Origin: Thalia democratica
Lineage: Eukaryota
Assembly (NCBI GenBank): GCA_965202585.1
Contig: OZ241830.1
Span: 52,018,001 to 52,082,000, forward strand
Direction of reading: 5' to 3'
Length of the DNA stretch: 64,000 bases
The notes below the pieces were generated by a model. It made no database searches and had not been told where the DNA came from. It worked only from the letters and a program-made list of their open reading frames with translations. The number at the start of each line of letters is the position of its first letter. Positions within the stretch are counted from its first letter, which is position 1. This document shows positions 63,574 through 64,000 of this stretch, piece after piece. The translations under genes were made by a program, and so were the position numbers.

Positions 63574-64000
63574 CTGTTTAAATGTGTTTTATAACGTTTT
63601 TTATCATAACTTTTGTGAATTAATAAAGTTATATAGGGTAAGCTAGTTAAATTGTCTACTCATTTTATTTATGTTATTTGCACAACTTATAATAACTAAA
63701 ACTTAAAATGTCTATATCATAAGTAAAACAATACAAATTCTTGTTATGTTAAATGTAAATATAAACTACAAGTAGAATTAATAGTCTGGTAAACCATTTT
63801 TTAACTTTTATTTCTTTTAATTTTGTTTTACACGGTATTTATACAAACTTAAAACTTGTTTATGAAAGATATTTTTTGATGCAAACCTTAATGGGGTAGA
63901 AAATTGTTTTTTTAGTTTGTAAAGTGTTATTCTAAGATGCTTGAAAACATGGTTAAACCTATTTACTGCTAAATAAAGTTAAATTTATTTTTAATTTAAC

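Overview
AT-rich animal genomic DNA, most likely Hydra or a related cnidarian (inferred from composition and repeat types, not verified). The window is mostly transposable elements: two non-autonomous LTR elements with tRNA-Trp-type PBS, a decayed Gypsy, a solo LTR, a CR1-type LINE with an open ORF2, several Penelope-like elements (PLEs), and hAT, Kolobok-like and pogo-like non-autonomous elements. Two things the ORF track does not show stand out. First, a spliced minus-strand host gene, or two paralogous pieces, with exons for Ig-like domains (63.6-62.6 kb) and an Ig-like/TM/TIR receptor (36.1-32.3 kb), i.e. an IL-1R-like architecture whose presumed 26-kb intron is filled with nested TEs. Second, four head-to-head palindromic PLE insertions (0.23, 0.91, 5.9 and 7.2 kb), each with an 11-15 bp TSD and a 3' tail on one arm only, carrying one canonical and several variant hammerhead-ribozyme motifs. 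No rRNA, tRNA or CRISPR features were seen. All alignments and translations were done by eye.
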